Below are positions 1-11,034 of a stretch of 64,000 bases of DNA, piece by piece; position 1 is the stretch's first letter, and each line of letters begins with the position of its first letter. The notes under the pieces were generated by a model. The model was not told the origin of the DNA. It did not search any database and saw only the letters and a program-made list of their open reading frames with translations. Source of the stretch: a virus. Taxonomy: Duplodnaviria; Caudoviricetes. The translations under genes and the position numbers were made by a program. The stretch spans positions 5,147 to 69,146 of IMG/VR virus record IMGVR_UViG_2901040167_000002. One strand, 5' to 3'.

Positions 1-3000
1 TCCTCCACTTGCAATGTTGCTATTTACACTATTAACTATTGCATTAGGAGTTATTTTACTTTCAGCATTACTAATTCTATTGGTGTTTGATGTAATTTTC
101 CCATTTAAAGTATTAGTAGTTGATTCTATTTGTGATACTTTAGAATTTATACTGTTAGTTTTTTGCGTAAAACTACTTTCAGCGGTATTTATTTTTTCAT
201 TTGATAATTTAATTTGATTATTAATATTAGTAACTGTTTTATCTATATCACTTTTAGAAACCTTTGTATTTATTTCATTTTTCAACACATTTAAATTGCT
301 CTGAACATTACTTACTTTACTATTAACAGTATTTATTTGTGTATTTGTGTACCCATTAGCTTCATTCTTAGCTGTATTAGCTTTAGATTGTGAACCTTGT
401 GTATCTTCTATTTGAATCCATCCACTCCAAGTAGTATTACTTGTACCATGTCTTTGATACGTTGCTGTACTATTACTTCTAAAAGTTTGTACTGGATAAC
501 CACCACTTGCATCTCCCCAAGGGACTTTAGTCTCTAGAGTACCATATGGATTACCACTTGCTGTTATACCTATAGAATTTGAATATTTAAACTCAGTAAT
601 AGATTGATTAGGATAAGTCTTAAAATACCAACCTGGACTTTGATTATCATTTCTTGTATCTGGAATATTTCTTGATCCCCAAATAGCCTCATTCTTTTTT
701 TGTTCAGCAATTGAATTAGCATGACTATTTGCAGAATCAATAGCTTGTTGTTTAGCTGAATTAGTATAAGAATTAGAACTATTAATGGCTTCACCTTTTG
801 CACTTTCAATATTACTTCTTGTGTCTTCTACAGCAGGTTTCCAATCAGTTATCTTGCTTCCTATCTCATATTGAATCCCTGTCACCCATGCTTCTCCAGC
901 AGAAGTTCCTTCAAGTAAAAACTTAGCATTAAGCCCAGTTATAGTTTTACCATCACAATTTGATAAATCTATAAAACCTCTATATTTAGTCCATGTTTCA
1001 TTAGTACCGACCACACTTAATATACCTGGATACCAAGCATATGAATCAGTTCCAAATACATCTAATTCTCCAAATCTTAATCTATTCCAGTCATTCACGC
1101 CTAGTGTTACATTTCTATATTTCGCCCAAAATGATATTGCAATTTTTTTACCGTTAAATGCGTTAGGATTTATATTAAGTCCAGGAATTAAGTCGTAACC
1201 AGAAATTCCTTGCTTATTAGATAAATACAAACATTTTTTAAACGGAACTTTTTTAGATCCCTCACCAGTTACGTCTACTATTGTCCCAGCTCCTGATATA
1301 ATAGGCTCTGAGAAATCTCCATTAATAAAATAATTTCTTGATCCTATAGTTATTTCATTAATTTTATTATTTGTATTTTGATTTGCAGTATTTATTGCCT
1401 CATTCTTTTTTGAATCAGCTATTGATTTCGCCTGATTAACTGCATTATTTATCGCATCTATCTTAGCCTTATCAATTTTCCCGTTTAAAAGTGTACTAGT
1501 ATTGCTTATATTTGTTTCTATAGTCGAAGTCTTGCTATTTAAACTATTTACACTAACTCCAAAACTCTCTTTTGTTTGTTTTAATTCAGTAGAAACTTGG
1601 TTAATTTTCTCATCTGTTTTCTTAGCTAAATCAATTATAGCCTTTAAGTCATCAGGTGCTGGTGTCCAATCGGAACATTTTGTACCTTTTTCTATCTTTA
1701 AATTCCTATAGTCTAAATAAACATTAGGGCTGCTATCTAGAGCAATTATTAAAGCCTTATTGGTTGTACTAGGTAGCGTAAACCCTTCTAGCTTGATTCT
1801 AGTCCATTGGTCTTTTGATAAAGAAACTTGTTTCCATTTTTCATTTTCAAAATTAAATCTAGATACAACTGAATCTTTAGATACTCTAACATCTAATGAC
1901 ATAGAATATAATGTTTTTGAGTCAGTTACTAGCTGTTCACTTATATTATCGCCTGTACAAAAATAATATAAAGAAACTGTTTTCCCCACATCTGGAATAG
2001 CTCTATAAAACTTTCCTGTATTATCACTCTGTAAAGTAGAAGTTCCTAACCCAGTATTATTAGGATTAAATTTAAGTAAATCTGATTTTAAAATTAAATT
2101 TCTTCCACCAAACTCTATATTCGAAATACTTCTATCAACATCAGATTGACTTACTTTAGTAGATATTTGTTCTTTTAATATATTAACCTCACTTGTAGCT
2201 TTGCTAAGATTAGTATTTACAGTTGTTATTTGAGCTGTTGTATAAGCATTAGCGCTATTAATTGCATTGTCTATATTATCTTGAATATCTTCGGGCGCAG
2301 GTGTCCAATCTGTAGGTTTATTTCCTTTTTCTATTTTAACATTTTTAAACTTCAAGGTTGCCCAAGCATTGTATTGAATATCTACAAAATTATAAGTATT
2401 GGAAGAATAATTATTTATATAAGCAGTTTTTACTATCTTTTTATATGAACCAAAATCAGCTCCTCCACCGCCAGCAGGTATACTAATATTTTCAATATCT
2501 TTATCACATATATCAATATTCATAGTGGGACTTCCTGTTGCATTTGTAGAAACTAAAGCACTAAATGTCCAATAACCATTCTCTGTAATTACTCCTGAAA
2601 TTCTAGCTATATTTTCACCTGTTTGATTACCTTCAAATATAAATCCATTCTCATTATTATTTCTAGTTAAAGTTACTTTACCCGCCAATTGATTCATAGG
2701 TGTAGTTTTCTTAAAAAAGTTTCTTCCACCTATTTTAATATTATTTATAGAATCAATAGTATTTTTATTGGCTTGTTTTATAGCATCTTGTTTAGTAGTA
2801 TTAATATCAGTGCTAATAGTATTTGTAAACTGTGTAAATGTTTGATTATCTACTTTTAACTTAATAGCATTGTCTAAAGCTTGTATTGTAGTTTTTTGAG
2901 TTGATAATTCCTTACCATGCTCTGTAATAGTGTTATTTTGAGTTGATAATTCAACATCTAAAGTTCTATCACCTATTTGAACCTTAGTACCTTTAATAGT

Positions 3001-4953
3001 TTCAGTAGATCCATTTACTTGTCTTACTATGCTATTCTTATCAAACTTAGATGCATCTAAAGAATTCTCATCAATTTTTCCATATCCGTTAGTGAATCCA
3101 GCATCAGTCAAACCATTTTCATCAATTAAAGTAGTTTGTCCATCTTTACCCCTTAAAGCTAAAGTAGACTTATTATTGTCATCTATCCCTAACATAATTC
3201 TTTCATATAGTTTTCCATCTTTATTATCTAGGACTTGAAGTTTATTTCCTACAATTCTAAATCTGCCAGTTGACCCAGCTATAGTCACTTTAGATGTATC
3301 AACCGTTCCAAAGTTCAACTTGTTACCACTTAAAGAATTAATTTGTGCATCTCCTATAGCACCTTCTGCAATTATTCCACTTCCAGCAGTGATAGAATTT
3401 GCATGAAAATTATCTGCTGTTAAATTCCCAGCTAGGGCATTTTCAAAACTTGCTGTTTTACTTTCTAATACTCCAATCTTTCCTACAGCAGCATTGAGTC
3501 CAGTTATATCCGCTTTTTCGGCTTTTAGTGTCGTTATTTCAGCATTTGTTGCTTTTAAATTTTCTATAGCTGCATTCTTTATATTTGCATCTTCAGCTTT
3601 TAACTTTGTTACATCCTCATTAATTACTTTTAAATCATTAACTTCAGCTTTTTCTACCTTCAAATTCTTTATATTAGCATTTATAGTAGTTAAATCATGA
3701 GTCTTTAAATTTTCTATATTAGCATCTGTTACATTAAGCCTTCTGATTGTAGCAGTTCCAGTTACTTCAAGATCATTTATTTTAGCTTTTGTTGCATTTA
3801 GTTCTGCTACATTTACTTTATTTAAATTCATCTCATCTATTTGAGATAATATTTTATTTACTTGAGCTGCATCACTAACTTTATTTTTAAAATCTTGAAT
3901 CTGATTAACATCTATATTGTCTATTACTTTTCCATTTATAGTTCCATCATCTAGTATTGCATTGCTTACTAAATTAGCTATTTCTTTAAGTTTTTCTTCT
4001 GGCTTTGGAAAATTTAAAGTACAATTTGATATAATAGCTAAATTATTATAAATGTTATCAGGATAATTAATTAGTCTAATTATTGTTAAAATCTCTGTTT
4101 TAATTAAATTCTTATGTGTTAATTTATCTCCAACTCTATAATCTAAGATATTAATTTTACTAATCTGAGATAAATCGCTTACCTTTACAATAAAAGTCTC
4201 TCGTGGTTTTGCCAATTGAGACAACCGAATTTCAGCATCTTCCTTAAGATCTTCTGGATTAGAATAATTAGTGTTTTTCCAGTATATACTTTTTATCTTA
4301 TTTGAGTGGACATGATTTTCTACGAAATTCTTTCCATTATTTATTTTACTTATATCGAGGTTATTAATCCCTTTAGGAATCATTCTAGTTGCATAATCAT
4401 ACGAATTATCTCCGATTCTTTTTATATTTATTTCATCGAAATTATATACTCCTTTTTCCTCGCTAATCCTTATAGAAATAGTTTTTGATAATGTATTAAA
4501 AATCGGTTTGTAATTATAAACTTCAAATATATTCTTAATCACATCCAAGACGTTACTATCTATCCTTAAGATTCTTCTTATTTTTTTTGAATTTGTTACA
4601 TTAAAGCTCCATCCTGTATTTAATAATACTTTATTCATAGTTTCATCTATATTTATTCTATTATTATCAAATTTACTTAATATAATTGCTTCTAAATCTT
4701 CTAAATTAAGTTGGCACTCTAATAAAGCATATTCCTCATTTATTATCTTCTTATTTTTTATGACATACTCTTGTTCACCAGTTTGTACATAGCATTCTTC
4801 CAATATATTATTATAAAATTCACTATTTCTTCTCATATAAAAAGAGAGCGATTCATCACCGCTCTCTAAGAAAGATTCTATCTTTATATTTTTATATTCT
4901 TTTAAATCACAAATTTTCTTTTTATTAATATCAAATATTTGTATTATTTTCAC
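1..4953 (-). CDS. Large tail fibre/host-recognition protein, 3' end runs off the window (>1650 aa; missing from the ORF track)
   Basis: GGGAG RBS then GTG at 4953 (MKIIQIFD...). The same frame at the window edge reads ...NRISNAESKITPNAIVNSVNSN, similar to EAENKITPTAIINSVN in 5709..7928. Repeated GGRNFF/GRNLIL/GSRNYF modules and coiled segments are typical of Firmicute phage tail adhesins. The frame was spot-checked, not translated end to end. Confidence 0.8.
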   Translation of the reverse strand, partial: MKIIQIFDINKKKICDLKEYKNIKIESFLESGDESLSFYMRRNSEFYNNILEECYVQTGEQEYVIKNKKIINEEYALLECQLNLEDLEAIILSKFDNNRINIDETMNKVLLNTGWSFNVTNSKKIRRILRIDSNVLDVIKNIFEVYNYKPIFNTLSKTISIRISEEKGVYNFDEINIKRIGDNSYDYATRMIPKGINNLDISKINNGKNFVENHVHSNKIKSIYWKNTNYSNPEDLKEDAEIRLSQLAKPRETFIVKVSDLSQISKINILDYRVGDKLTHKNLIKTEILTIIRLINYPDNIYNNLAIISNCTLNFPKPEEKLKEIANLVSNAILDDGTINGKVIDNIDVNQIQDFKNKVSDAAQVNKILSQIDEMNLNKVNVAELNATKAKINDLEVTGTATIRRLNVTDANIENLKTHDLTTINANIKNLKVEKAEVNDLKVINEDVTKLKAEDANIKNAAIENLKATNAEITTLKAEKADITGLNAAVGKIGVLESKTASFENALAGNLTADNFHANSITAGSGIIAEGAIGDAQINSLSGNKLNFGTVDTSKVTIAGSTGRFRIVGNKLQVLDNKDGKLYERIMLGIDDNNKSTLALRGKDGQTTLIDENGLTDAGFTNGYGKIDENSLDASKFDKNSIVRQVNGSTETIKGTKVQIGDRTLDVELSTQNNTITEHGKELSTQKTTIQALDNAIKLKVDNQTFTQFTNTISTDINTTKQDAIKQANKNTIDSINNIKIGGRNFFKKTTPMNQLAGKVTLTRNNNENGFIFEGNQTGENIARISGVITENGYWTFSALVSTNATGSPTMNIDICDKDIENISIPAGGGGADFGSYKKIVKTAYINNYSSNTYNFVDIQYNAWATLKFKNVKIEKGNKPTDWTPAPEDIQDNIDNAINSANAYTTAQITTVNTNLSKATSEVNILKEQISTKVSQSDVDRSISNIEFGGRNLILKSDLLKFNPNNTGLGTSTLQSDNTGKFYRAIPDVGKTVSLYYFCTGDNISEQLVTDSKTLYSMSLDVRVSKDSVVSRFNFENEKWKQVSLSKDQWTRIKLEGFTLPSTTNKALIIALDSSPNVYLDYRNLKIEKGTKCSDWTPAPDDLKAIIDLAKKTDEKINQVSTELKQTKESFGVSVNSLNSKTSTIETNISNTSTLLNGKIDKAKIDAINNAVNQAKSIADSKKNEAINTANQNTNNKINEITIGSRNYFINGDFSEPIISGAGTIVDVTGEGSKKVPFKKCLYLSNKQGISGYDLIPGLNINPNAFNGKKIAISFWAKYRNVTLGVNDWNRLRFGELDVFGTDSYAWYPGILSVVGTNETWTKYRGFIDLSNCDGKTITGLNAKFLLEGTSAGEAWVTGIQYEIGSKITDWKPAVEDTRSNIESAKGEAINSSNSYTNSAKQQAIDSANSHANSIAEQKKNEAIWGSRNIPDTRNDNQSPGWYFKTYPNQSITEFKYSNSIGITASGNPYGTLETKVPWGDASGGYPVQTFRSNSTATYQRHGTSNTTWSGWIQIEDTQGSQSKANTAKNEANGYTNTQINTVNSKVSNVQSNLNVLKNEINTKVSKSDIDKTVTNINNQIKLSNEKINTAESSFTQKTNSINSKVSQIESTTNTLNGKITSNTNRISNAESKITPNAIVNSVNSNIASGG

Positions 4954-5023
4954 TTGGTCTAACTCCCTTCTTTTAAATATTTTAATTAAAGGTCTTAGCC
5001 AGACCTAACGATCTATATTTTAA

Positions 5024-5287
5024 TTAAAATATTATATTTCCTAATTCATTTGCTCTCTTTTCAGCTAAATCTTTGAATTCTTTGTACTTAGCTTGTACTT
5101 CTACTGCATTTGCTTTATACAATTCTTTATCATTTACTACAACGTTTATATTTGCTCCAAATGTATCACGATTTAAACTACATGACATATACATTATTTG
5201 TATACCATTATCAGTGTTTACACTCCCACTTATGTTTATATCTTCTCTTATATTTGAAACTATCTTACTTGTTGTTTCGTTTTCCAT
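5024..5287 (-). CDS. Small phage protein of the tail-fibre region
   Basis: 87 aa ORF, AGGAGG RBS, tightly packed in the late operon. Confidence 0.7.
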   Translation of the reverse strand: MENETTSKIVSNIREDINISGSVNTDNGIQIMYMSCSLNRDTFGANINVVVNDKELYKANAVEVQAKYKEFKDLAEKRANELGNIIF

Positions 5288-5299
5288 TACAATTCCTCC

Positions 5300-5509
5300 T
5301 TAAATATAATTATTTTTAAATTTTATCTTACCATTTTCCGTATATAATTCTAAAAGCCTATCATTTAATATTGGAATATTGTATATATCCATGTTCCAAG
5401 CTATAAATAGCTCTCTTATTAAATGATAACCCCCTATAAAATTACTTCCATTTTTTAAATCTATTAAGATTTGACTCTTTAATTCATCTGAAAGTATATT
5501 TTTTCTCAT
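5300..5509 (-). CDS. Hypothetical phage protein
   Basis: 69 aa ORF with AGGAG RBS, adjacent to the upstream stop. Confidence 0.55.
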   Translation of the reverse strand: MRKNILSDELKSQILIDLKNGSNFIGGYHLIRELFIAWNMDIYNIPILNDRLLELYTENGKIKFKNNYI

Positions 5510-5510
5510 C

Positions 5511-5708
5511 TTACGCTCCTAATAAATTAGTTTTTACATAATCTTGGACTTCTTGAATCTTCTTTTTAAGATCTTCATCCATAACTATTCTACTTTCTCT
5601 CTCATTATTTCTAACAATTACACCTTCTGAATTTATTTCAGAATAAGTAAACGTTATCATCTTTCCTTCTACGACCTCACTTATTGCTAATCCTGTTAAT
5701 GTCTTCAT
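5511..5708 (-). CDS. Small conserved-looking phage protein
   Basis: 65 aa, start abuts the stop of 5709..7928. Confidence 0.7.
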   Translation of the reverse strand: MKTLTGLAISEVVEGKMITFTYSEINSEGVIVRNNERESRIVMDEDLKKKIQEVQDYVKTNLLGA

Positions 5709-7928
5709 CTATAAATCATTCCTTTCATCTAATAATAAATTATTTTTATTTGTATTTTTAATCATGTCTTTTAAATTATCTATATTTTGATTCTTGTTTA
5801 CATGACTTAATGATACTAATTCTAATAATGTTTGTTGATTCTTATCTAAATTTTCCTTTGATATATCTTTAATTGTATCTAAGTTTCCATTGTTCAATCC
5901 ATTATCCATGAATACTTTTTCTCTTGTTCTATCTAGTCTATTTGTCTCATAATTTCTTCTCTTGCACTTAACTTCCCAATCAAATTTAGTTCCAGGTGTT
6001 CCAATTACTTTAAAATAATTAGCTTGCTTTTCACAACATTGAACTTTGGCTTTTAAGTCATCTGAAATTATATCAATGTGTACCCTATATTCTATATCTG
6101 TGTTTACTGTCTTAACAAATATAGGATCTAAATAAATATAACAATAACCTTTTTCATTTATAGTGCCTCCACCATTGTCGCCAAATTGTGGTTCTGCCAT
6201 TTCATACGCATGAAGTCCTATAAAACCCAGTTCTTTTGTGTTAACTATATTATGCTTGCTACCATGAACCCATAAATCTTGACAAACCAATTGTCCATGT
6301 TGTCCATTATTCCATCCTCTACCTATTCTCACATTAATATCATCCTGATGTGCATTATATGTATCTATACCCTTACCATAGTTAAGCCATAAGTTACCAT
6401 CTGCTGAATTTGTATTTACCTGATTTCCACTTACGCATATACTATTCATCAAAGTATCCTCTTTACCCCAACGATTTATTGAAGTTAATCCTCTAACTTG
6501 ATTATCATGAAAATCTAGTGTTGTATACACATGTCCCCAACCTTTTTTATTAAAGGTAATATACTCATCATATTTGCTATCATCACCCCATATATCATCA
6601 TGTCCCAAGGTAAGATATCCTGCATAGTCACCTGCAAATATACCAACTCCTTTTATATTTCCTCCTGGAGTAGTTAATGATACACCATCATTTAAAGTCT
6701 TTTTATACACCGAAGTAATTATCCCAAGCGGATCACTATTATCCTTGGAGCATATACCTATTTCACTATCGCTCATATAATAAGTTTTTTTATTTGTTGT
6801 ATTGTAAGCAGTTATATTTCCTTTTTCTAGTTCTACTCTAGAATTATCTACATCCTTAACAACAAATTTATTCTTATCTAAAACTGTCGATGTTCCCCCT
6901 AACACTTCACCATTACTTAAACTTTCATTCACACTGTTAATTATAGCTGTTGGAGTAATCTTGTTTTCTGCTTCATTTATTTTTTTTACATTTGATTCAA
7001 GCAACTCATTAAGCCTTTTAGTTGCATCAGCCTGAGTCTTTATATTTCCTTGATTTACTTTTATATCATCAATTATTGGATCAGTAACTTCTTTAACTTT
7101 AACTCCAATACTTTTTTCAGTCTCACTTATTGATATTTTAGTTGTATCGAGACCTTGTTTAATCTCATCTAATTTTTTCTCAACATCTAATTTTATATCC
7201 TTTAATTCACTAGCTTCATCTATAGCAATATTTAATTCTTTAGTAGCACCTTTTGCACTAACAGTTGTTGTTTTTAAAGTTTCGTTGGCTTTATTTGCTA
7301 TATCCACATTTTTAGGTAATTCTTTATTTAGCTCCACTCCTGTATTTACAACAGGCGTTAATTTATCTAGTAGTGGTTGCCCTATATTTATGTCACTTTT
7401 TAATGCTAAGTCTAATGGAGTTCCAACTCTTATATCTTCTGCAAGTTTAGGCTCTAGTATTTTTGCTTCATTTACTGTATCTTTTAATTCTTTTGTTACA
7501 ACTATAACATCCCCCATAGTCTTTATAGCATCTAGAACTATTTTTCCTTCTTTTAAAACATCCCCTAATGTTTCTATAACATTTCCATTAGCATCTAAAA
7601 CTGTATATATCCTATCTGCACCAATAAGTTCTACCCCAATACCATGAAAATCAATTATTACGTCTTTACCAGCCATACTTTTATCAAAATATATAGTAGA
7701 ATTATTATTGATATAATATGAGTTAGGTTCAATTTCATCAAAATTGAATACTTGATACATTCCTTCTGGCTGTATAATACTAACGCCTTTAAATTCATCA
7801 GGTATCTCTTCTAATAATACTTGATTATGTACTGGTGAAACTTGACATGGTTTTATTATATGTATTGACTGCGGATTTCCATCTTTATCAATATGATATT
7901 TAGTTATAATCTTCTCAATATTCTTCAT
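5709..7928 (-). CDS. Tail/baseplate-associated fibre protein with C-terminal intramolecular-chaperone-like domain
   Basis: 739 aa; central coiled coil; C-terminal YEMAEPQFGDNGGG...LDPIF...FDWEVKCKR pattern seen in Firmicute phage tail proteins; follows the tail-tip gene. Confidence 0.7.
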   Translation of the reverse strand: MKNIEKIITKYHIDKDGNPQSIHIIKPCQVSPVHNQVLLEEIPDEFKGVSIIQPEGMYQVFNFDEIEPNSYYINNNSTIYFDKSMAGKDVIIDFHGIGVELIGADRIYTVLDANGNVIETLGDVLKEGKIVLDAIKTMGDVIVVTKELKDTVNEAKILEPKLAEDIRVGTPLDLALKSDINIGQPLLDKLTPVVNTGVELNKELPKNVDIANKANETLKTTTVSAKGATKELNIAIDEASELKDIKLDVEKKLDEIKQGLDTTKISISETEKSIGVKVKEVTDPIIDDIKVNQGNIKTQADATKRLNELLESNVKKINEAENKITPTAIINSVNESLSNGEVLGGTSTVLDKNKFVVKDVDNSRVELEKGNITAYNTTNKKTYYMSDSEIGICSKDNSDPLGIITSVYKKTLNDGVSLTTPGGNIKGVGIFAGDYAGYLTLGHDDIWGDDSKYDEYITFNKKGWGHVYTTLDFHDNQVRGLTSINRWGKEDTLMNSICVSGNQVNTNSADGNLWLNYGKGIDTYNAHQDDINVRIGRGWNNGQHGQLVCQDLWVHGSKHNIVNTKELGFIGLHAYEMAEPQFGDNGGGTINEKGYCYIYLDPIFVKTVNTDIEYRVHIDIISDDLKAKVQCCEKQANYFKVIGTPGTKFDWEVKCKRRNYETNRLDRTREKVFMDNGLNNGNLDTIKDISKENLDKNQQTLLELVSLSHVNKNQNIDNLKDMIKNTNKNNLLLDERNDL

Positions 7929-7946
7929 TTAACACTCTCCTTTCTT

Positions 7947-10900
7947 TTATATTGATACAAATTCATTTAATGAAAGTAGAGCATCTATTCTACCATTTGT
8001 ATCGGATTTTATTTCTATTATATTTACACCGTTTAACTTTAGATGTCTACCAATATTTAAATTAATATCTTCATTTATACCGCTTGTTACTAATTTTCCA
8101 TTAACCACCACTTGTACATTTCTAGGCATGCCGTATTCAACTATAGAATATATTGGTTCATGTCCGTGATTCTGCATATTAACAATATGATTATGTGTAT
8201 CGTCTTGATAAATATCATTAGTAATATTTTTTCTAGCACTTTGTTTAAAAGTAGCAATATTACCTAGTGTCTCAAAATTATCGCTATAGCTGTTTAAAAT
8301 AAAATAGTCAGTCCCATTAGAGTCTATTGACGTTACTACCTCTTTCTTTCCTCCATCTTCTACGCCTTTAAAAGAAGATCTATATTTATCTAAATGAACA
8401 AACAAATTAGCACTTCTAATTTCTTTTACTCCATTCGATATAGGGCAATACATTTTTAATGGATGATATTTACCAATATTATCTGTTTTAGAAATAGTAT
8501 CAATTTGCGCCATACCATCACCGCTAATCATAATTCTACCTTTGCTGTCATACATCAAAAAGCTACACATTGTTTTCCCATTACTTTCATAGAATCCTAA
8601 TCTAGCTTTTAATGTTTTATCTTCGTTATAGACACTAAGCCCATTTTTATCTATTCTAAATGTATTATTTGGGTTTGCTAAATTCATCCTTTCTCCCACT
8701 ACACCAGTTCCAAAAATACTTTTAGCAACAACCCCTTTATCATCAGCTATTACTTTACAATTAGTCCAATTATCTTGTGTAACTGCCATAAACCCACTAC
8801 CAATATACATTTGATTATTAGTAGTGCCATTGCTTTTATCTGTACACCATACCCCTGAGTCTGTAATATCTGTTTGATTTGTATTTGATCTACTTGTAAT
8901 TGCAACATTAGATGTATCAATACCTTTAGTTTTTATATCTCTAATAACCATGTTTGTAGATGTACTATCTATCCATGTATTTTTCCAAGTTGATATTGCA
9001 TTTTTACTATAATCAGCTTTTCTAGCTACATTTCTTATAGTTTTCAAGTCATGATATTTCTTTAATTTATTTTCTAAATCAACACTGTCTATTTTTCCAC
9101 TCACATTATTCTTAGGCGGGATATATTTAAATCCAGTTACAATTACTGTTCCATCTTCAATATCCTCATTACCATCTTCATAGACTATATGAGCCTTATT
9201 ACCAAGTGAAACTACATTTTTCCAACCTCTAGGGTGTTTAGTTAATCCTGCTACATTACTTTTAAAAGATATAGGTATCTTATTTCTTTCCTCAAGAACC
9301 AATTTAGAATTACGATACAACTCATCTGAATCTGTATAATAATCATCTTGTTGTCTTTCGGAATATATGAATTCGTCTAACTCATTAAGATCCTCATCTG
9401 TGAATATAATTCCATCAGAATCTTTAGCATCTTTTTTAATTATTTTTTTATTGCATTCTTGCATTTTATCATCTATTATTCTTATACTATCTTTTAATGA
9501 TGTTAAATCCTTCATTGTTTTAGATATAGAATTCATTAATTTATTTATTTCTTCTTCTATTTTCTTATAATCATCAGCAGCTAACTCACTTTTTTCTTCA
9601 CCAGCTTTTATATATGCTACTTTTAAAGAATCTTGAACCTTCTTTTTTTCATTTAAATCTGAAAGCTGCGCTTCTAAATATAGGCTATCTTGATACTTAC
9701 TATCTTTCTCTTCCTTAAGTTTATGCCACTCATTGAATACTTCTTGAGTTAATTTTTCATATCTCATTAGAGCTATTTGCAATTCATTACTTATGTTCCC
9801 TTGTCTTATAATATAACTAAAATCCTCTATATAGCTTGTGCCAAGTGGATTTACCTCATTGATACTAATACCATCTTTACCTTCTACTACAAGTCTAGTG
9901 ATTACTTCATCTACCCTTAAATCCTTTTCTACTCCAGTCATATATTGATCGTAATACAAATAGAATCCTGAATCTCTACCCAAATTATCTCTACTTATTA
10001 CATTTATTATTTTATTATAAGTATCGAACTCAAATAAACAATCATATGCAGTAGCGGTTATATCCCTTAAAAATGGCAACCATTGATGAGTACCTTTATC
10101 CATAGTTCTATATTTAGTCTTTGTTCTTACTACTTTATTTCCAGTATTATAAGTCAAATATATGCTTTTTATATCAACATCTAAGTTTTCTAAATATGTA
10201 AAGTCTTTTTTTATTTTTTTTACAAATCCATCTTTAAGTTTGAATTCATATTTAATAACACATTTATAGTCATCACTTATACCATAACTGGCTTTTATAT
10301 TAACTATAGGTTGTCCAAATTTATCAAAGTCATGCTCATAGTTTTCTTCTTTAAGAACATCACTACTTCTATTATCCGTAGACTTTATATTTGAATATTT
10401 TATACTGAATTTTAATGCCTTATTTCCAATGTCTATATTAACTGGTATGTCATAAAGCACAGTATCCCTCTGTACATTTTTAACTACTAATGGCTCATAC
10501 AATTTTATATCTTTTGTTTCATCATAAAAACCAGTGTCAGCTTTAGCCATAGAATCAACATATCCTATTTTCCATGTAGTCTGAGTTTCAATCCAATTCA
10601 GTATCCCTTCTTCTACATCAATTTTTTCATCTTTGGCTTTATATAATTGAAAAGTACCATCTGGAACTGATATATCTTTCTTAAATAAATCAAATTCAAA
10701 AGATTTAGCAGTAACTTTCTTTTTGGATATATCTTTATTACCTTCGATTTTTATATCACTAATTATATATCTTTCACTTTCATTAACTACTATAAATCTC
10801 TTTGGTTTAACTTTATCGTATATTAAATTTTTAATTGTTTTTTCTTTATGAGTAACCTTACTAGGTATAGTTAATGTCATAACACTAAAGTCTTCTAATT

Positions 10901-11018
10901 TATAATCTATGCTCTCTATAAACTCATTAGGTATTTCGCATATTTCTTCTCTACAGTTTTTATATAAAATAGCTTTAAAAACTTCATCCCTTGAATTTAT
11001 CTTTACTTTTCTGAAAAT
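7947..11018 (-). CDS. Tail-tip (Tal/prophage endopeptidase-like) protein, probable ATT start at 11018
   Basis: VITRLVVEGKDGISINEVNPLGTSYIEDFSY motif of SPbeta-type tail proteins; frame open 46 codons upstream of the ATG at 10880 to an ATT 7 nt after GGAGG. Confidence 0.8.
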   Translation of the reverse strand: MFRKVKINSRDEVFKAILYKNCREEICEIPNEFIESIDYKLEDFSVMTLTIPSKVTHKEKTIKNLIYDKVKPKRFIVVNESERYIISDIKIEGNKDISKKKVTAKSFEFDLFKKDISVPDGTFQLYKAKDEKIDVEEGILNWIETQTTWKIGYVDSMAKADTGFYDETKDIKLYEPLVVKNVQRDTVLYDIPVNIDIGNKALKFSIKYSNIKSTDNRSSDVLKEENYEHDFDKFGQPIVNIKASYGISDDYKCVIKYEFKLKDGFVKKIKKDFTYLENLDVDIKSIYLTYNTGNKVVRTKTKYRTMDKGTHQWLPFLRDITATAYDCLFEFDTYNKIINVISRDNLGRDSGFYLYYDQYMTGVEKDLRVDEVITRLVVEGKDGISINEVNPLGTSYIEDFSYIIRQGNISNELQIALMRYEKLTQEVFNEWHKLKEEKDSKYQDSLYLEAQLSDLNEKKKVQDSLKVAYIKAGEEKSELAADDYKKIEEEINKLMNSISKTMKDLTSLKDSIRIIDDKMQECNKKIIKKDAKDSDGIIFTDEDLNELDEFIYSERQQDDYYTDSDELYRNSKLVLEERNKIPISFKSNVAGLTKHPRGWKNVVSLGNKAHIVYEDGNEDIEDGTVIVTGFKYIPPKNNVSGKIDSVDLENKLKKYHDLKTIRNVARKADYSKNAISTWKNTWIDSTSTNMVIRDIKTKGIDTSNVAITSRSNTNQTDITDSGVWCTDKSNGTTNNQMYIGSGFMAVTQDNWTNCKVIADDKGVVAKSIFGTGVVGERMNLANPNNTFRIDKNGLSVYNEDKTLKARLGFYESNGKTMCSFLMYDSKGRIMISGDGMAQIDTISKTDNIGKYHPLKMYCPISNGVKEIRSANLFVHLDKYRSSFKGVEDGGKKEVVTSIDSNGTDYFILNSYSDNFETLGNIATFKQSARKNITNDIYQDDTHNHIVNMQNHGHEPIYSIVEYGMPRNVQVVVNGKLVTSGINEDINLNIGRHLKLNGVNIIEIKSDTNGRIDALLSLNEFVSI

Positions 11019-11034
11019 AATATCACCTCCTTAC

